DNA of 47,393 nucleotides from Clostridia bacterium (GCA_017622825.1 JAGAQK010000159.1:1-47393); one strand, 5' to 3'. Counted from the first letter of the stretch, positions 28,332 through 38,823 are shown. A program made the numbers and translations. Notes: generated by a model not told the origin, from the letters alone.

Positions 28332-29617
28332 TTATTCACCTGCAATACTGATATTTTCAATTTAACTGCAAACGGACCTTCGTAGCTGTCATCCTTGTAT
28401 CTTTCTTTCGAAAAAACCATAGTTTTTTGCACGTCAAAAATACTGCCGTTTATTGAGCCGCCCGTAAATTTCTTCACAACTGTCTCGCCGTCTTTTTCCT
28501 CAAAAAGATATGCGAGTCTTATTTCTCCTCCGAATTGTCCTGTGTAAGAATCCATTTGGAAATCAGAAAACACCGATACGTAGAGCGCACCGTTTTTCAT
28601 TTCGTCAAAGTTTTCGCTTCCGCAATTACATTCAAATGCGCCGTAATCTCCCGTTGCATCAATTCCAAGATAATCCGCAAAACGTTTCCCGCAATGTATC
28701 GTTTTCAGCACTCCGTTTTCTGCCATAATGCGGTCTTTCATTGCCATTCCTTCTGCGCTGTACGGTTGCGTTGCTTTTAGCGTAATATTCACACGTTCAC
28801 CTTGTATTTCTTCTTCATTTCCTTGAATAAAGCAGCCTTCTTTAAACGTTGAATACCCCGCGTAAACCATGGCTCCCCGGGAACGTTCCGTATAATAACG
28901 CAAAACCATGGCAAGATTTTCGCCGGTGAGTATAACGTCGTATTTGCCTGCGGATGCCGCCTTGGTTGCCTCCGCCCTGTCGTACGCGGTAGCGAGCGCC
29001 GTGGATACTTTCGCCTTAAGTTGGTCTCTGTCAGGGTCATTGTACGAAAAGGCAGTGTGTATCTCTACATCTTGTGTTTCTGTAATTGCTTGTGTCACAA
29101 ATTCCCCGTTAAAATTATAAACGTTGAATTCTGCGTCTATGCCGCGGGAGTTTATTACTCTTGCAATTTTTTGTGTTGCAAAGACTTCTGCTGAGTTTAT
29201 GAAGCTTTTTTTACTTTCTTCATCTGCTTCAAAAATCGCTTTTGCAAGCTCAAATGCAGATACTTTCAAGTCGTATTCTTTCTTGTTTTCCTGCGGCAGA
29301 GTTGTGCTTGGCTCAGGCAATTCATAAAATCTGTTTTTTACAAAGGATGCTGCATAATATGCGTCTTGAAGTGCCCTTGTAATTTCTTCGTCTGTCATAT
29401 CCGGGAACACCATCGTAACGGCATGCCCACGCATTTTCGTATCATTATGCAAAAAGTCTCTGTACACTGTAACCGAATACTCGGTGACGTCAGTACTTCT
29501 TATCATATCCATCTGTTTTTTTATAAAAAATAATTCTACAGATTTACTTTGTGTGCAATTTATCCTATACGTGTCTATGTTATTTTCTTTTAATGCTTTA
29601 ATAATTTTAGTTATCAT
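28332..29617 (-). CDS. pmbA: TldE/PmbA-family protein (TldD partner); the 3' end needs a 1-nt correction near 28354..28357, otherwise it reads through into punA
   Basis: About 430 aa of PmbA/TldD-family sequence without HExxH, paired with tldD upstream. The neighbouring frame reads NISIAGE-TAA (stop at 28332..28334), ending 1 nt before the punA ATG. Confidence 0.7.
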
Positions 29618-29633
29618 GGTTTGCGGTCTCCTT

Positions 29634-31037
29634 TCAGCCCAATCTTATACGTGCTTTTATATACGGGCCGCCGTCCGAAACTTTTACCCACTCTTTGTAT
29701 CCCTTGCCACAATATCCGCTGCCGCTTAATTGGACTTTATCAGACACCATTGTTATTGATTTAAGCAAGTCCGGCACGTAACCTGTCAATATAATCGGTG
29801 AGAATATTTTGCCTGTAAGCTTGCCGTCTTTTATTTCTTTTGCAACGTTTACCATACATTGAATTCCCCAGTTTTTTGGGTCTTCCATACCGCTGCTGGC
29901 ATTTTCAAGTAAAAAGCCGTATTTTATTGATGCTATCATGTCCTCAGGCTTGTCTGTGCCTGCTTCAAAGAACGTGTTTGTCATTCTCGTATACGCTTTT
30001 CGCTTGTAGCTTTCGCGTCTGCCGTTACCTGTAGGCGTTGTTTTCGTCTGGCACGCGCTCCTCAAATCGCTTATGCCTCTTTTAAGAATACCTTTTTCTA
30101 TTATTACCGTGTCTGTTGCATCAACACCCTCATCATCAAAGAAGTACGTGGCTGTCTGCTCGGCCGCCCTTGCACCGTCGTGCATGGTAACTAACGGCGA
30201 TGCCACATATTTGCCCACGTATTCTTCTGCAAGCGCTCTTTTTTTAACAAACATGTCCATCTCTACTCCGTGACCGAATGCTTCATGAACGATTATACCC
30301 GTTACGTCAGGTGCGCAGATACATTCATATTCACCCGGTTCAATCTGCTTACTGTCAAGCAATGCCACCACGCTGTCTGCTATGCTTTGGCAGTCATTTT
30401 CCATTTCACGCAAAACCTCTGCGCCGCCTAAATTTGAGTAGGTCTTGTAATAGTCTTTTATCTCGTCTCCTCTTGACGCCATAACGCTTATAAAGCCTGT
30501 CATCCAGAGCACTCTTTGCTCTTTTTGAACAAGCTGCCCTCCTGCCTTTTTGACGAAAAGCTTCGCAGTATCCGCATACGTACAGAATACGTTACAATCC
30601 ATAAGCCGCTCGTCGCAGGCTAACGTCTTGTTTCTTACTTTTTCAAGGCAGTTTAATATGCCTTCATCGCCCACTTCCGTCGGATGAATCTCATACTTAG
30701 TGAAATACGCGCCGTCATTTTCGTTTTCTACGGAAATCCTTTCGCACGCCGTGGCGTTATCGTTTAAAGATATCAACTCTTGTAAATTTTGGCTGATTTT
30801 ATCAAAATCTTCACTGTTTAACGTATTACATGAATGCTCTGCCCACTTATTTCCTTGTGTAACTCTTATCATAAAACCTCTTGTGCAAAGCATAGGGTCG
30901 TCTGACACATTCATTCCGGTTTTTGATATGCTGTATCTTTTGCCTGTCGCATTAACTGCGAGCACTGAGGCTTCCTCGAAGCCTTTATCGTACAAATACT
31001 CGACAAGCGAAATAATTTCATTCGATTTCACATCCAT
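29634..31037 (-). CDS. tldD: Metalloprotease TldD
   Basis: 467 aa of the TldD/PmbA family, with the metal site GIIVHEAFGHGVEMD. Confidence 0.88.
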   Translation of the reverse strand: MDVKSNEIISLVEYLYDKGFEEASVLAVNATGKRYSISKTGMNVSDDPMLCTRGFMIRVTQGNKWAEHSCNTLNSEDFDKISQNLQELISLNDNATACERISVENENDGAYFTKYEIHPTEVGDEGILNCLEKVRNKTLACDERLMDCNVFCTYADTAKLFVKKAGGQLVQKEQRVLWMTGFISVMASRGDEIKDYYKTYSNLGGAEVLREMENDCQSIADSVVALLDSKQIEPGEYECICAPDVTGIIVHEAFGHGVEMDMFVKKRALAEEYVGKYVASPLVTMHDGARAAEQTATYFFDDEGVDATDTVIIEKGILKRGISDLRSACQTKTTPTGNGRRESYKRKAYTRMTNTFFEAGTDKPEDMIASIKYGFLLENASSGMEDPKNWGIQCMVNVAKEIKDGKLTGKIFSPIILTGYVPDLLKSITMVSDKVQLSGSGYCGKGYKEWVKVSDGGPYIKARIRLG

Positions 31038-31178
31038 CTAAAACCATACCTCTTTCCTACGGAATATATCCTTATTATTATATAACAAAGTATACTTTTA
31101 TTCAAACCGGCAATCGCCAAAAGCTAAAACAAAATTGACATCCATATATTGATATGCTACACTAACCCCGGTGTTTTT

Positions 31179-32276
31179 ATGAAGCAGATTTTAGTATACG
31201 GATTTTCAAATAATCCGGGTGGAATTGAAACTTATTTATTGAATTTACTCACGTTACTCAAAGGGCAGATACAGTTTGATTTCGTGTCTGATTTTGGCGA
31301 CGTTGCTCATAGAGACATTCTTGAAAATGCGGGTTCTCGCATATATTTCATTCCTCCCAAGGGCAAGGGACTTTGGGCTCATCTTAAAGCATTTCGTAAA
31401 ATTTTAAAAGAACACCAAGAATACGAATATATTTATTTCAATATATTGGATGCCGGGGCGGCGCTGACACAGCTCGTTCCATTTTTTATGGGACGAAAAG
31501 TCATTACACACAGCCACAACGGAGGTACGGACAAGCCAAGACTTCATAAAATCTGCAAACCTCTTTTGAAAATCACAAAAGGTAAAAAGGCGGCGTGCTC
31601 TGCCCTTGCAGCAAAGTACATGTTCGGCAACACAAAAAACGTCACAATAATACCAAATGCCATAGATGCAAACAAATTTACTTTTGATAAAGAAGCGAGA
31701 AAAGCAAAGCGTGCAGAGCTTGGCGTAGACGATAAACAATGCGTTATCTGCCACATCGGTCGCCTCACTTATCAGAAAAACCCCTTCGGAATGCTTGATA
31801 TATTTAAAACAGTTTTGCAAAAGTTACCGGATGCAGTGCTCGTTTCAATAGGAACCGGAGATATAGATGATGAAGTAAAAGAGTATGCAAAAAAATCAGA
31901 CATATACGAGAATACTTTGTTTTTAGGTAAAAGAAATGACATCCCTGAGCTATTAAGTGCTGCAGATGTTTTCTTCTTGCCTTCTTTTTATGAAGGTCTG
32001 CCAATCGTTGCAATTGAAGCTCAGGCTGCAGGTTTGCATTTGGTTTTAAGTGATACAATAACAAAGGAAACAGATATAACAGGAAATATAAAATTTTTGT
32101 CTCTTGATGAAGACAAAGAAACATGGGCAGAGTCTCTTATTGAAGCTGCAGGTAAAGAAAGGGAAATTTCTGTGATGCATAGAATTTCCGAAGCAGAATA
32201 CAATACAAGCTGTGCAGAAAAGACAACAAAAAAACTCATCGAGCTTTTCGGTGGAGTAACGGGGAGAAATATATGA
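31179..32276 (+). CDS. Glycosyltransferase family 4 (GT-B, EX7E type)
   Basis: ...HIGRLTYQKNP...FFLPSFYEGLPIVAIEAQAAGLHLVLSD. Start taken at ATG 31179 (MKQILVYGFS). Confidence 0.8.
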   Translation: MKQILVYGFSNNPGGIETYLLNLLTLLKGQIQFDFVSDFGDVAHRDILENAGSRIYFIPPKGKGLWAHLKAFRKILKEHQEYEYIYFNILDAGAALTQLVPFFMGRKVITHSHNGGTDKPRLHKICKPLLKITKGKKAACSALAAKYMFGNTKNVTIIPNAIDANKFTFDKEARKAKRAELGVDDKQCVICHIGRLTYQKNPFGMLDIFKTVLQKLPDAVLVSIGTGDIDDEVKEYAKKSDIYENTLFLGKRNDIPELLSAADVFFLPSFYEGLPIVAIEAQAAGLHLVLSDTITKETDITGNIKFLSLDEDKETWAESLIEAAGKEREISVMHRISEAEYNTSCAEKTTKKLIELFGGVTGRNI

Positions 32277-33694
32277 ATACACTTCCAAATTCAAAATTCT
32301 TTGATAATAAATCGGTTGATATAACAGAAATGTTGTTTAAAATCATTTTTTTATTTTATGCTGCTTTAAGCTATTGCAGCGTTACATACGGGCACGCTGT
32401 GATTTCCGTACTGATGTGGATAACCGCCGCGCTTGGTGCGATTGTACTTTTGCAGCGAATTGTTTTGTATAAAGAACATAAGGGCATGCCGATGATTCTA
32501 CCCTGCATTGCTATTATTCTTTGTATGGGTGTTTCGATTTTGGTGAATTTTTCTTATGATTTAAAGCTTAATGTTGTACTTCTCGGGTATTTTGCTTTTT
32601 ATTTGTTTATTTGTTTTACTCATAATCAAAACAAGACAGCAGAAAAGTTAAAAAGCGAAATGCATTTTTACTCTTGGGTATTTATTATTTATACCACGAT
32701 AGCAATAATAGCAAGCTTTGTGGTTATGTTTGCAGGTTTCAGCAGCATTCGCCACGTTAATGCTGATAATTTTGAAGTCGTTACAGGTTTTAAATTCGGA
32801 AGGCTTTGGGGCATTTTCCTGGGGCCCAACGGAGGGGCTATTGTTTCTCTTGTGAGCATAGCAATGATGTTTGGCTTTATATTGAAAAACAAGAAATTCC
32901 TTTTTAGGTTTTTGATATCCGTAAACATAATTCTTCACATGTTATACATTACTTTTTCAGACTCAAGAACAGCGCTTGTGTGTATAATAGCTGTGCCTGT
33001 TTTGACAGCGCTAATATATGCGATGGGGTCTGACAAGCAGAAAAAGCTGCGCTTTGTGAAACCTGTTTTGGTATCAATTTTAGCGACAGTATTGTGTGTT
33101 ACTTTCGTATATTCTTCAAAGCATTTATACAACTACGTTATAACGAGAATCAACGCATCGTCTCAGGGCTCTGCTGACGGAGAACAAGATCCGACAGATC
33201 TGGACGCTATTGACAGAGGATATAATTTGGAGGATGACTACAGCAACAGACGTTTTGACTTATGGAAAAGCGGATTTGAAGTTTTTAAAGACAGTTTTAA
33301 AAACATAACCATCGGCACTACTTATTATGGCATGAGGTTGTATTCATACGAGCATTTGCCGGACACGTATCTCGTTAATAATTCTCAAACAGATTTTGCT
33401 AATTTTCACAATGAATTTATAAACGTGCTTGTCGCACAGGGAGTTTTAGGTTTTGCTGCAGTTATATGGCTTATGGCGGCAATTATCATTTTTGTGATAA
33501 AGAATATAAAAAATCTCGATTCTTCCAGCCTGCCGGAATTCACAACAGCAGTGGCGATAATTTTGCTTTCCGTATTGGCTTCAATGTTCATACCGGGTGT
33601 TTTCTACTTATTCTCCCCCAGCTCGATAATTTTCTGGATGTTTTTGGGCTATGCAGTTATGCTTTTAAAGAAAGGAACTAATCAAGAGGCTTAA
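32273..33694 (+). CDS. O-antigen ligase/polymerase (Wzy-like) polytopic membrane protein
   Basis: 473 aa with at least 10 predicted TM segments and one large loop (…NASSQGSADGEQDPTDLDAIDRGYNLEDDYSNRRFDLWKSG…). The start overlaps the GT4 stop (ATGA). Confidence 0.65.
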   Translation: MNTLPNSKFFDNKSVDITEMLFKIIFLFYAALSYCSVTYGHAVISVLMWITAALGAIVLLQRIVLYKEHKGMPMILPCIAIILCMGVSILVNFSYDLKLNVVLLGYFAFYLFICFTHNQNKTAEKLKSEMHFYSWVFIIYTTIAIIASFVVMFAGFSSIRHVNADNFEVVTGFKFGRLWGIFLGPNGGAIVSLVSIAMMFGFILKNKKFLFRFLISVNIILHMLYITFSDSRTALVCIIAVPVLTALIYAMGSDKQKKLRFVKPVLVSILATVLCVTFVYSSKHLYNYVITRINASSQGSADGEQDPTDLDAIDRGYNLEDDYSNRRFDLWKSGFEVFKDSFKNITIGTTYYGMRLYSYEHLPDTYLVNNSQTDFANFHNEFINVLVAQGVLGFAAVIWLMAAIIIFVIKNIKNLDSSSLPEFTTAVAIILLSVLASMFIPGVFYLFSPSSIIFWMFLGYAVMLLKKGTNQEA

Positions 33695-33695
33695 T

Positions 33696-34691
33696 ATGAA
33701 ACCGCAAATCGATATTGTTGTGCCATGGGTGGACGGTAACGACACAAACTGGCAAAAAGAAAAATTTCAATATATGCAGGCAAACGACGGCGACCTTAGA
33801 GTAATCCGTTACAGAGATTGGGGTCTTATGAAATATTGGTTTCGCGGTGTTGAAAAATCGCTTCCATGGATTAATAAGATTCACTTTATAACATGGGGAC
33901 ATTTGCCTGATTTTTTGAACACAAACCATCCAAAGCTCAACATAGTAAGGCACAGCGATTATATTCCTTCTGAATATCTGCCGACTTTCAGTTCTCACGC
34001 TATAGAGCTTAATTTGCATAGACTTGAAGGATTATCCGAGCACTTTATTTACGCCAATGACGATACCTTCTTTATGCAGCCGTTGGATGAAAGCTTTTTC
34101 TTTTCTGAAGACGGTCTTCCCAAGGATGCTGCCATACAAAACGTTTTGCAATTCAGAGAGACAACGGGAATTGCACATATAACGGCAAACGACCTGACAT
34201 ACTTGAACATGAATTTCCGCAAACGCGACGTCATAAAGAAAAACAAGAAAAAGTGGTATTCTTTGTCATACGGCAAAAAAATGTTATACAACGTATATAT
34301 GAAGCCTTTTCAAAACTTTACAGGCTTTGATGATTTTCACTTACCTGTTGCATTCAGAAAATCAACGTGGCGTGACGTATGGGATAAGTGCCATGATATT
34401 TTGGATTCTACGTGCACACATAAGTTCCGCTCCCACGAAGACGTCAACCAGTGGCTTATGAGGTATTGGCAATTTGCAGACGGAACGTTCTCGCCTACAA
34501 GCCCACGTCGCGGTGATTTCCTTGTAATAGGTGTTGATGACGAACGCATCAAGCAGATAATAACTAACGCATCCTCGCCCATGATTTGTTTAAGTGACGA
34601 TTATGAGGACGTGGATTTTGAGAAGGAAAAAGAATTCATCACTGAGTGTTTTGAGTCCGTTTTCTCTGAAAAATCATCATTTGAGGTATAA
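33696..34691 (+). CDS. Stealth-like capsular polysaccharide phosphotransferase (hexose-1-phosphate transferase family)
   Basis: CR1-like IDIVVPWVDGNDTNWQKEK, a CR2-like region ...LPWINKIHFITWGHLPDFLN, and a CR3-like region HFIYANDDTFFMQP. Family assignment is from memory of the Stealth motifs. Confidence 0.55.
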   Translation: MKPQIDIVVPWVDGNDTNWQKEKFQYMQANDGDLRVIRYRDWGLMKYWFRGVEKSLPWINKIHFITWGHLPDFLNTNHPKLNIVRHSDYIPSEYLPTFSSHAIELNLHRLEGLSEHFIYANDDTFFMQPLDESFFFSEDGLPKDAAIQNVLQFRETTGIAHITANDLTYLNMNFRKRDVIKKNKKKWYSLSYGKKMLYNVYMKPFQNFTGFDDFHLPVAFRKSTWRDVWDKCHDILDSTCTHKFRSHEDVNQWLMRYWQFADGTFSPTSPRRGDFLVIGVDDERIKQIITNASSPMICLSDDYEDVDFEKEKEFITECFESVFSEKSSFEV

Positions 34692-34694
34692 AAA

Positions 34695-35975
34695 ATGGGC
34701 ATAAGATCAAAGCTGTCAAGTAAAAACGGGATATTGGCAAAAAACACGGGACTACTGTTTCTGCTGACAATTTCAAATTCAATATTTAATTTTATAACCA
34801 TCCCATATCAAACGCGAGTTTTGGAGCCCTCTGTTTTCGGTGATATTACGGTTGCCATGTCTGCAATGACGTATTTTCAATTATTCACGGATTTTGGATT
34901 CTTATTGTCAGCCACAGAGGATATTTCAAAAGAAAGAGAAAACAACAGCAAGGTTTCTAAAATTTTCAGCTCCGTTATATACTGCAAGATTTTATTGGTA
35001 GCTGTTTCTTTCATAATTATTTTAATGCTTTGCCTTACAGTAAACCGTTTCAAGCAAGACGTACCGTTATTTATGCTTTATTGGGTTTCATACTCAATAT
35101 ATGCCTTTTTACCGGACTTCCTGTATAGAGGCATAGAGAAAATGACTGCCATAACAGTCCGCAGTGTACTCGTGAAAGCATTTACAACATGCTTAATTTT
35201 CGTACTGTTAAAAAAGCCTTCACAGTACTATATAATCCCGATACTTACGGGAATCGGCAACTTGGGGGCTGTCATACTCACGTACGTTCACGTGTATAAA
35301 ATGGGCTACAGGCTTGTGCGTGTAAAGCTTAAAGAAAATTTGCAAACGTTTAAGCGTTCGTCATTCTTCTTCTTCTCACGAATTGCATCGTCTGTTTTTA
35401 CTGCCACAAACACACTTATTCTCGGCATTAAATTCGGCAAAAAATCCGTTTTAGTGGGTCATTATTCTTCTGCAGAAAAAGCTATTACAATAGCAAAGCA
35501 GACAATAACGCCTGTTTCTGACAGTCTTTATCCATACATGGTGCGTAACAGAAACTTTAAAATGATAAAGAAGCTTCTTTTGATTGGTATGCCTGTTTTC
35601 TTCGTAGGATGCACTTTTGTAATGATAACGGCAAACGACCTTTGTGCTTTTGTTTTCGGTAAAGATTACTACGAAGCCGGCACGTATTTACGCCTGCTTG
35701 CTCCCACAGTATTTTTCTCATATCCCGGTACGCTTTTGGGTTTCCCCACACTTACGCCCATGGGCCTTGCAAAGCACGCTAATATTTCAACAATTATCGG
35801 TGCCGTGATTCAAGTTTCCGCGCTTGTGGTTATGCACTTCACAATCGGTATATCGGCAGTTGCTATGTGCATACTGACTTGTTGTACGGAAATATTCATG
35901 TGCGGCTACAGAGCTGTTGTGGTAATTACGCACAGAAAATTGCTCAGCTCACCCGACCAAACAACTTCGGCATAA
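34695..35975 (+). CDS. Oligosaccharide flippase (Wzx / polysaccharide biosynthesis protein family)
   Basis: 426 aa with about 12 TM segments, located in a glycan cluster. A GAGGT SD lies upstream. Confidence 0.7.
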   Translation: MGIRSKLSSKNGILAKNTGLLFLLTISNSIFNFITIPYQTRVLEPSVFGDITVAMSAMTYFQLFTDFGFLLSATEDISKERENNSKVSKIFSSVIYCKILLVAVSFIIILMLCLTVNRFKQDVPLFMLYWVSYSIYAFLPDFLYRGIEKMTAITVRSVLVKAFTTCLIFVLLKKPSQYYIIPILTGIGNLGAVILTYVHVYKMGYRLVRVKLKENLQTFKRSSFFFFSRIASSVFTATNTLILGIKFGKKSVLVGHYSSAEKAITIAKQTITPVSDSLYPYMVRNRNFKMIKKLLLIGMPVFFVGCTFVMITANDLCAFVFGKDYYEAGTYLRLLAPTVFFSYPGTLLGFPTLTPMGLAKHANISTIIGAVIQVSALVVMHFTIGISAVAMCILTCCTEIFMCGYRAVVVITHRKLLSSPDQTTSA

Positions 35976-37020
35976 ACTTTTTGATTAAATATATTATTTT
36001 CGCTATCATACGACACGATAGATTCTTTTTATTTTTCAATTTTTTTGCCATTATACCTGACAAGCCGCCGCCTGACATGTACGGGCTTAAAAGTGCAAAC
36101 AATTCGCTGTCAAAAACTTGCTGCAGGAATTCTTTACGTTGTTTGCCGTTCATTCCTGCCCTTTTGTCGTAATTTCTTTGCAGCGCTGAGAAGACATATC
36201 TGAAGTATCTTTGAGATATTAAATCAAGCACTTCGCCATTTAACATTCCCCACAGCTCAAATTGCTTGTATAATCTGTCAATTTTTACCATAATGTCGTT
36301 GTAATACGTCGCTATAAAACGGCTTGTCGTACTGCTTTCCACGCGCTTAATATAGTGATATGGCATAAAGTCCAGCACCTCGCACGTTTCAACGCTGTTA
36401 AAAAAATCTATATTAAAAATTATGTCCTCATTAAACTTCATTATCGGGAAAACAGCACCGCTTTTTTTAAGCGTTTGCGCGCTGTAGAGTTTATTCCAAG
36501 GATAACCGTACAAATTTATTCTTTCAAGCTCCGGTATATACGTTCTTACCTCCTCAGCGTTTTTGAACGTCTTCCTCTCCGGCAAAACTTCTACCGTGTT
36601 TATCAAATTTCCCTTTTTATCATAGTGCTCTTCTATTGCGCCGAATACAACAACGTCCAATTCCCGTCCGTTTTCGACGAAATATTGCTTTGCAGCCGCT
36701 ACTGCCTTTTCTATTAAATCTTTATCGAATTCATCATCGCTGTCTAAGAATAGAATATATTCTCCTTGTGCAGCCTTCATTCCTTCGTTTCTTGCTATGC
36801 TTGCTCCGCAATTTTTTTCTAAGTGTATCACTTTTACTCTTGTATCACGAGCCGCTATTTTTTCACATATTTCTGCACTTCTGTCCGGCGAAAAATCATT
36901 TACAATTAAAAGCTCAAAATCTCCGAACGTCTGTTCTAAGACGGCTCCAACAGATTTTTCAATAAATTTTTCTGCCTTATATACAGGCATGATAATGCTC
37001 ACAAAAGGGGTTGTAGACAT
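35944..37020 (-). CDS. Glycosyltransferase family 2
   Basis: VSIIMPVYKAEKFIEKSVGAVLEQTFGDFELLIVNDFSPDRS...LDSDDEF. A GGAGGC SD lies 7 nt upstream. The 3' end overlaps the flippase 3' end by 32 nt. Confidence 0.85.
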   Translation of the reverse strand: MSTTPFVSIIMPVYKAEKFIEKSVGAVLEQTFGDFELLIVNDFSPDRSAEICEKIAARDTRVKVIHLEKNCGASIARNEGMKAAQGEYILFLDSDDEFDKDLIEKAVAAAKQYFVENGRELDVVVFGAIEEHYDKKGNLINTVEVLPERKTFKNAEEVRTYIPELERINLYGYPWNKLYSAQTLKKSGAVFPIMKFNEDIIFNIDFFNSVETCEVLDFMPYHYIKRVESSTTSRFIATYYNDIMVKIDRLYKQFELWGMLNGEVLDLISQRYFRYVFSALQRNYDKRAGMNGKQRKEFLQQVFDSELFALLSPYMSGGGLSGIMAKKLKNKKNLSCRMIAKIIYLIKKFMPKLFGRVS

Positions 37021-37172
37021 ACAAATTGCCTCCGGGAATTTTCTTACTTAAGGATATTAACACAAAAACTTTATTCTTTCAATAAATCGCGCAAAACCTG
37101 CGGCGTGCGGGAATTTTTCGTAGTGTAAAAACATATAAATGCAAGTGAGAACGCCAAAAGGAGGGCTTGCGA

Positions 37173-37418
37173 ATGAATTTGAGGGAACTGCTGAGTTTTC
37201 GTCGTATTGGGAGAGGCGCACATAAGGAGCGCGACAGTGAGGATGTTAGTGCGCTGATGGCTGAGATTGATGACGTGAAAAAATTAATCGATACTGCCAG
37301 GTGTAATTTTAACAACGTAACGGATGCTGACAGTATCGATTATTATACTTACATTTTAAAGGCGTACCAAGTGCGGCACGATATGCTTATCAAGCAGTTA
37401 AAGGCGGAGCTTTCGTGA
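37173..37418 (+). CDS. DUF2508 (YaaL-like) small protein
   Basis: Start set to ATG 37173 (MNLRELLSF...), with a GGAGGG SD 7 nt upstream. The ...DSIDYYTYILKAYQVRHDMLIKQLK pattern resembles the YaaL family. Confidence 0.6.
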   Translation: MNLRELLSFRRIGRGAHKERDSEDVSALMAEIDDVKKLIDTARCNFNNVTDADSIDYYTYILKAYQVRHDMLIKQLKAELS

Positions 37419-37434
37419 TTTACAGCGGCCTGTT

Positions 37435-38820
37435 TCAACCTACTTGACATATGCTTATAAGTGACGAGAAGCCGTTGTACGATTCTTCGCACACGTAGCC
37501 GCCGCCGGGCGCGTGGATTATGTAATGCGTGTCGGAGATTTTTCCGAGGTAAATCATGGCGTGGCCTGATTTGTAGATTACGACAGGGGCTGTTGTGTTA
37601 TTCAGCATTGATATTTTGTCATCAGTAGTCTTGTTTTCTACGTTCACGGCACTGCCTACAACTTTGTTTTGCTGGCTCGTGTTACGCGGAAATACGAAGC
37701 CGAACGTTTTGAACACACTTAAAACGAAACTCGAACAGTCAACGTTGCCGTGCATTCCGCCCCAACCGTATGGGGTGCCTGAATATTTGAAGGCTTGCAC
37801 ATAGAAGTTGCGGAGTGTGTATTGGGCGTATCCCACGCATGATGCGCTTACAGGTACGTCTGCTTCTACGGAATTCAACGTGCCGTCATTTGCTTTTGCA
37901 GGCAAAATAACGCGGTAATTGCCGCTTGCTGCCCTGTCCTGATTCGCCGAAAGCGGAAGCGCCGTTCCCATGTCGAGCTTTATGCCACCGACGTTGAGCT
38001 GTGCGTCTGTGATAACTGCAAAGTTTATTTCCTTTGTGGCATTTTCTGACATATTTAGTAATTTTGCATAAGTTTGCCAAATATGGTACGAATCGTCTGT
38101 TGCTATTGCTACGTTGTTTACATCAACCCAGCCTGTGTAATAGTATGATTGAATGAAATAAAATTTACCGTCGACGCTGGTGTGCAAAACGAGAACCGCG
38201 CTTGCCGCGGCAAGTTCTGTTTCTTGCATCCTGTCGTGGTCTTGCTTGTTTGAGTTGTTATAAAACTCTATGGCGGTGGGCAGCGCCCTTACGTCTGTGC
38301 GTTGCACAGTGACTGCTCTTTTTAAAGTTATTTCACCTGAAAGTGCGCTAACGTTTCTGTTGTTTTTTATTTCTTCATACTTTGCTTGTGAAATTGTATT
38401 GCCATTATTGTCGTATTTCGGCAAGCTTGGACCTGACGATGCTTCTATGAGTGCTTTTACTTCTGATGCCGGCATACTTGTTTTGTGATTTTCTATGTCT
38501 TTCAAAGCACTGCATTTTCCTCGTATTTGCTTATTTGCTTCTTGTATTTGGTCATACGTCAGCAAAACGGAAGTGGGGTTGCTTGCATTATCAATCCACT
38601 TTTGTGCATTTGCCGGTATTTTGTCAAAAGCTGTACTTTGAGGATAATTAACGACGCCTCCCGGTGTTTGTCCCGGAGTTTGTGCTATAGACGTTGCGTG
38701 TGCACCTGTGGCGGTGCTGTGTGATTCTGTAGAATGCGAATTGCCGCCTGCACATGATGCAAATGGCAACGTGCAAACGGCAAGTATTGTTGATAAAATC
38801 ATTTTATTTAATCTGTTCAT
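37435..38820 (-). CDS. Lipoprotein with a C-terminal NlpC/P60 cell-wall hydrolase domain
   Basis: Signal/lipobox LPFASCAGG. The C-terminal catalytic context is GTPYGWGGMHGNVDCSSFVLSVF...GHAMIYLG...IIHA. Confidence 0.8.
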   Translation of the reverse strand: MNRLNKMILSTILAVCTLPFASCAGGNSHSTESHSTATGAHATSIAQTPGQTPGGVVNYPQSTAFDKIPANAQKWIDNASNPTSVLLTYDQIQEANKQIRGKCSALKDIENHKTSMPASEVKALIEASSGPSLPKYDNNGNTISQAKYEEIKNNRNVSALSGEITLKRAVTVQRTDVRALPTAIEFYNNSNKQDHDRMQETELAAASAVLVLHTSVDGKFYFIQSYYYTGWVDVNNVAIATDDSYHIWQTYAKLLNMSENATKEINFAVITDAQLNVGGIKLDMGTALPLSANQDRAASGNYRVILPAKANDGTLNSVEADVPVSASCVGYAQYTLRNFYVQAFKYSGTPYGWGGMHGNVDCSSFVLSVFKTFGFVFPRNTSQQNKVVGSAVNVENKTTDDKISMLNNTTAPVVIYKSGHAMIYLGKISDTHYIIHAPGGGYVCEESYNGFSSLISICQVG

Positions 38821-38823
38821 TTC

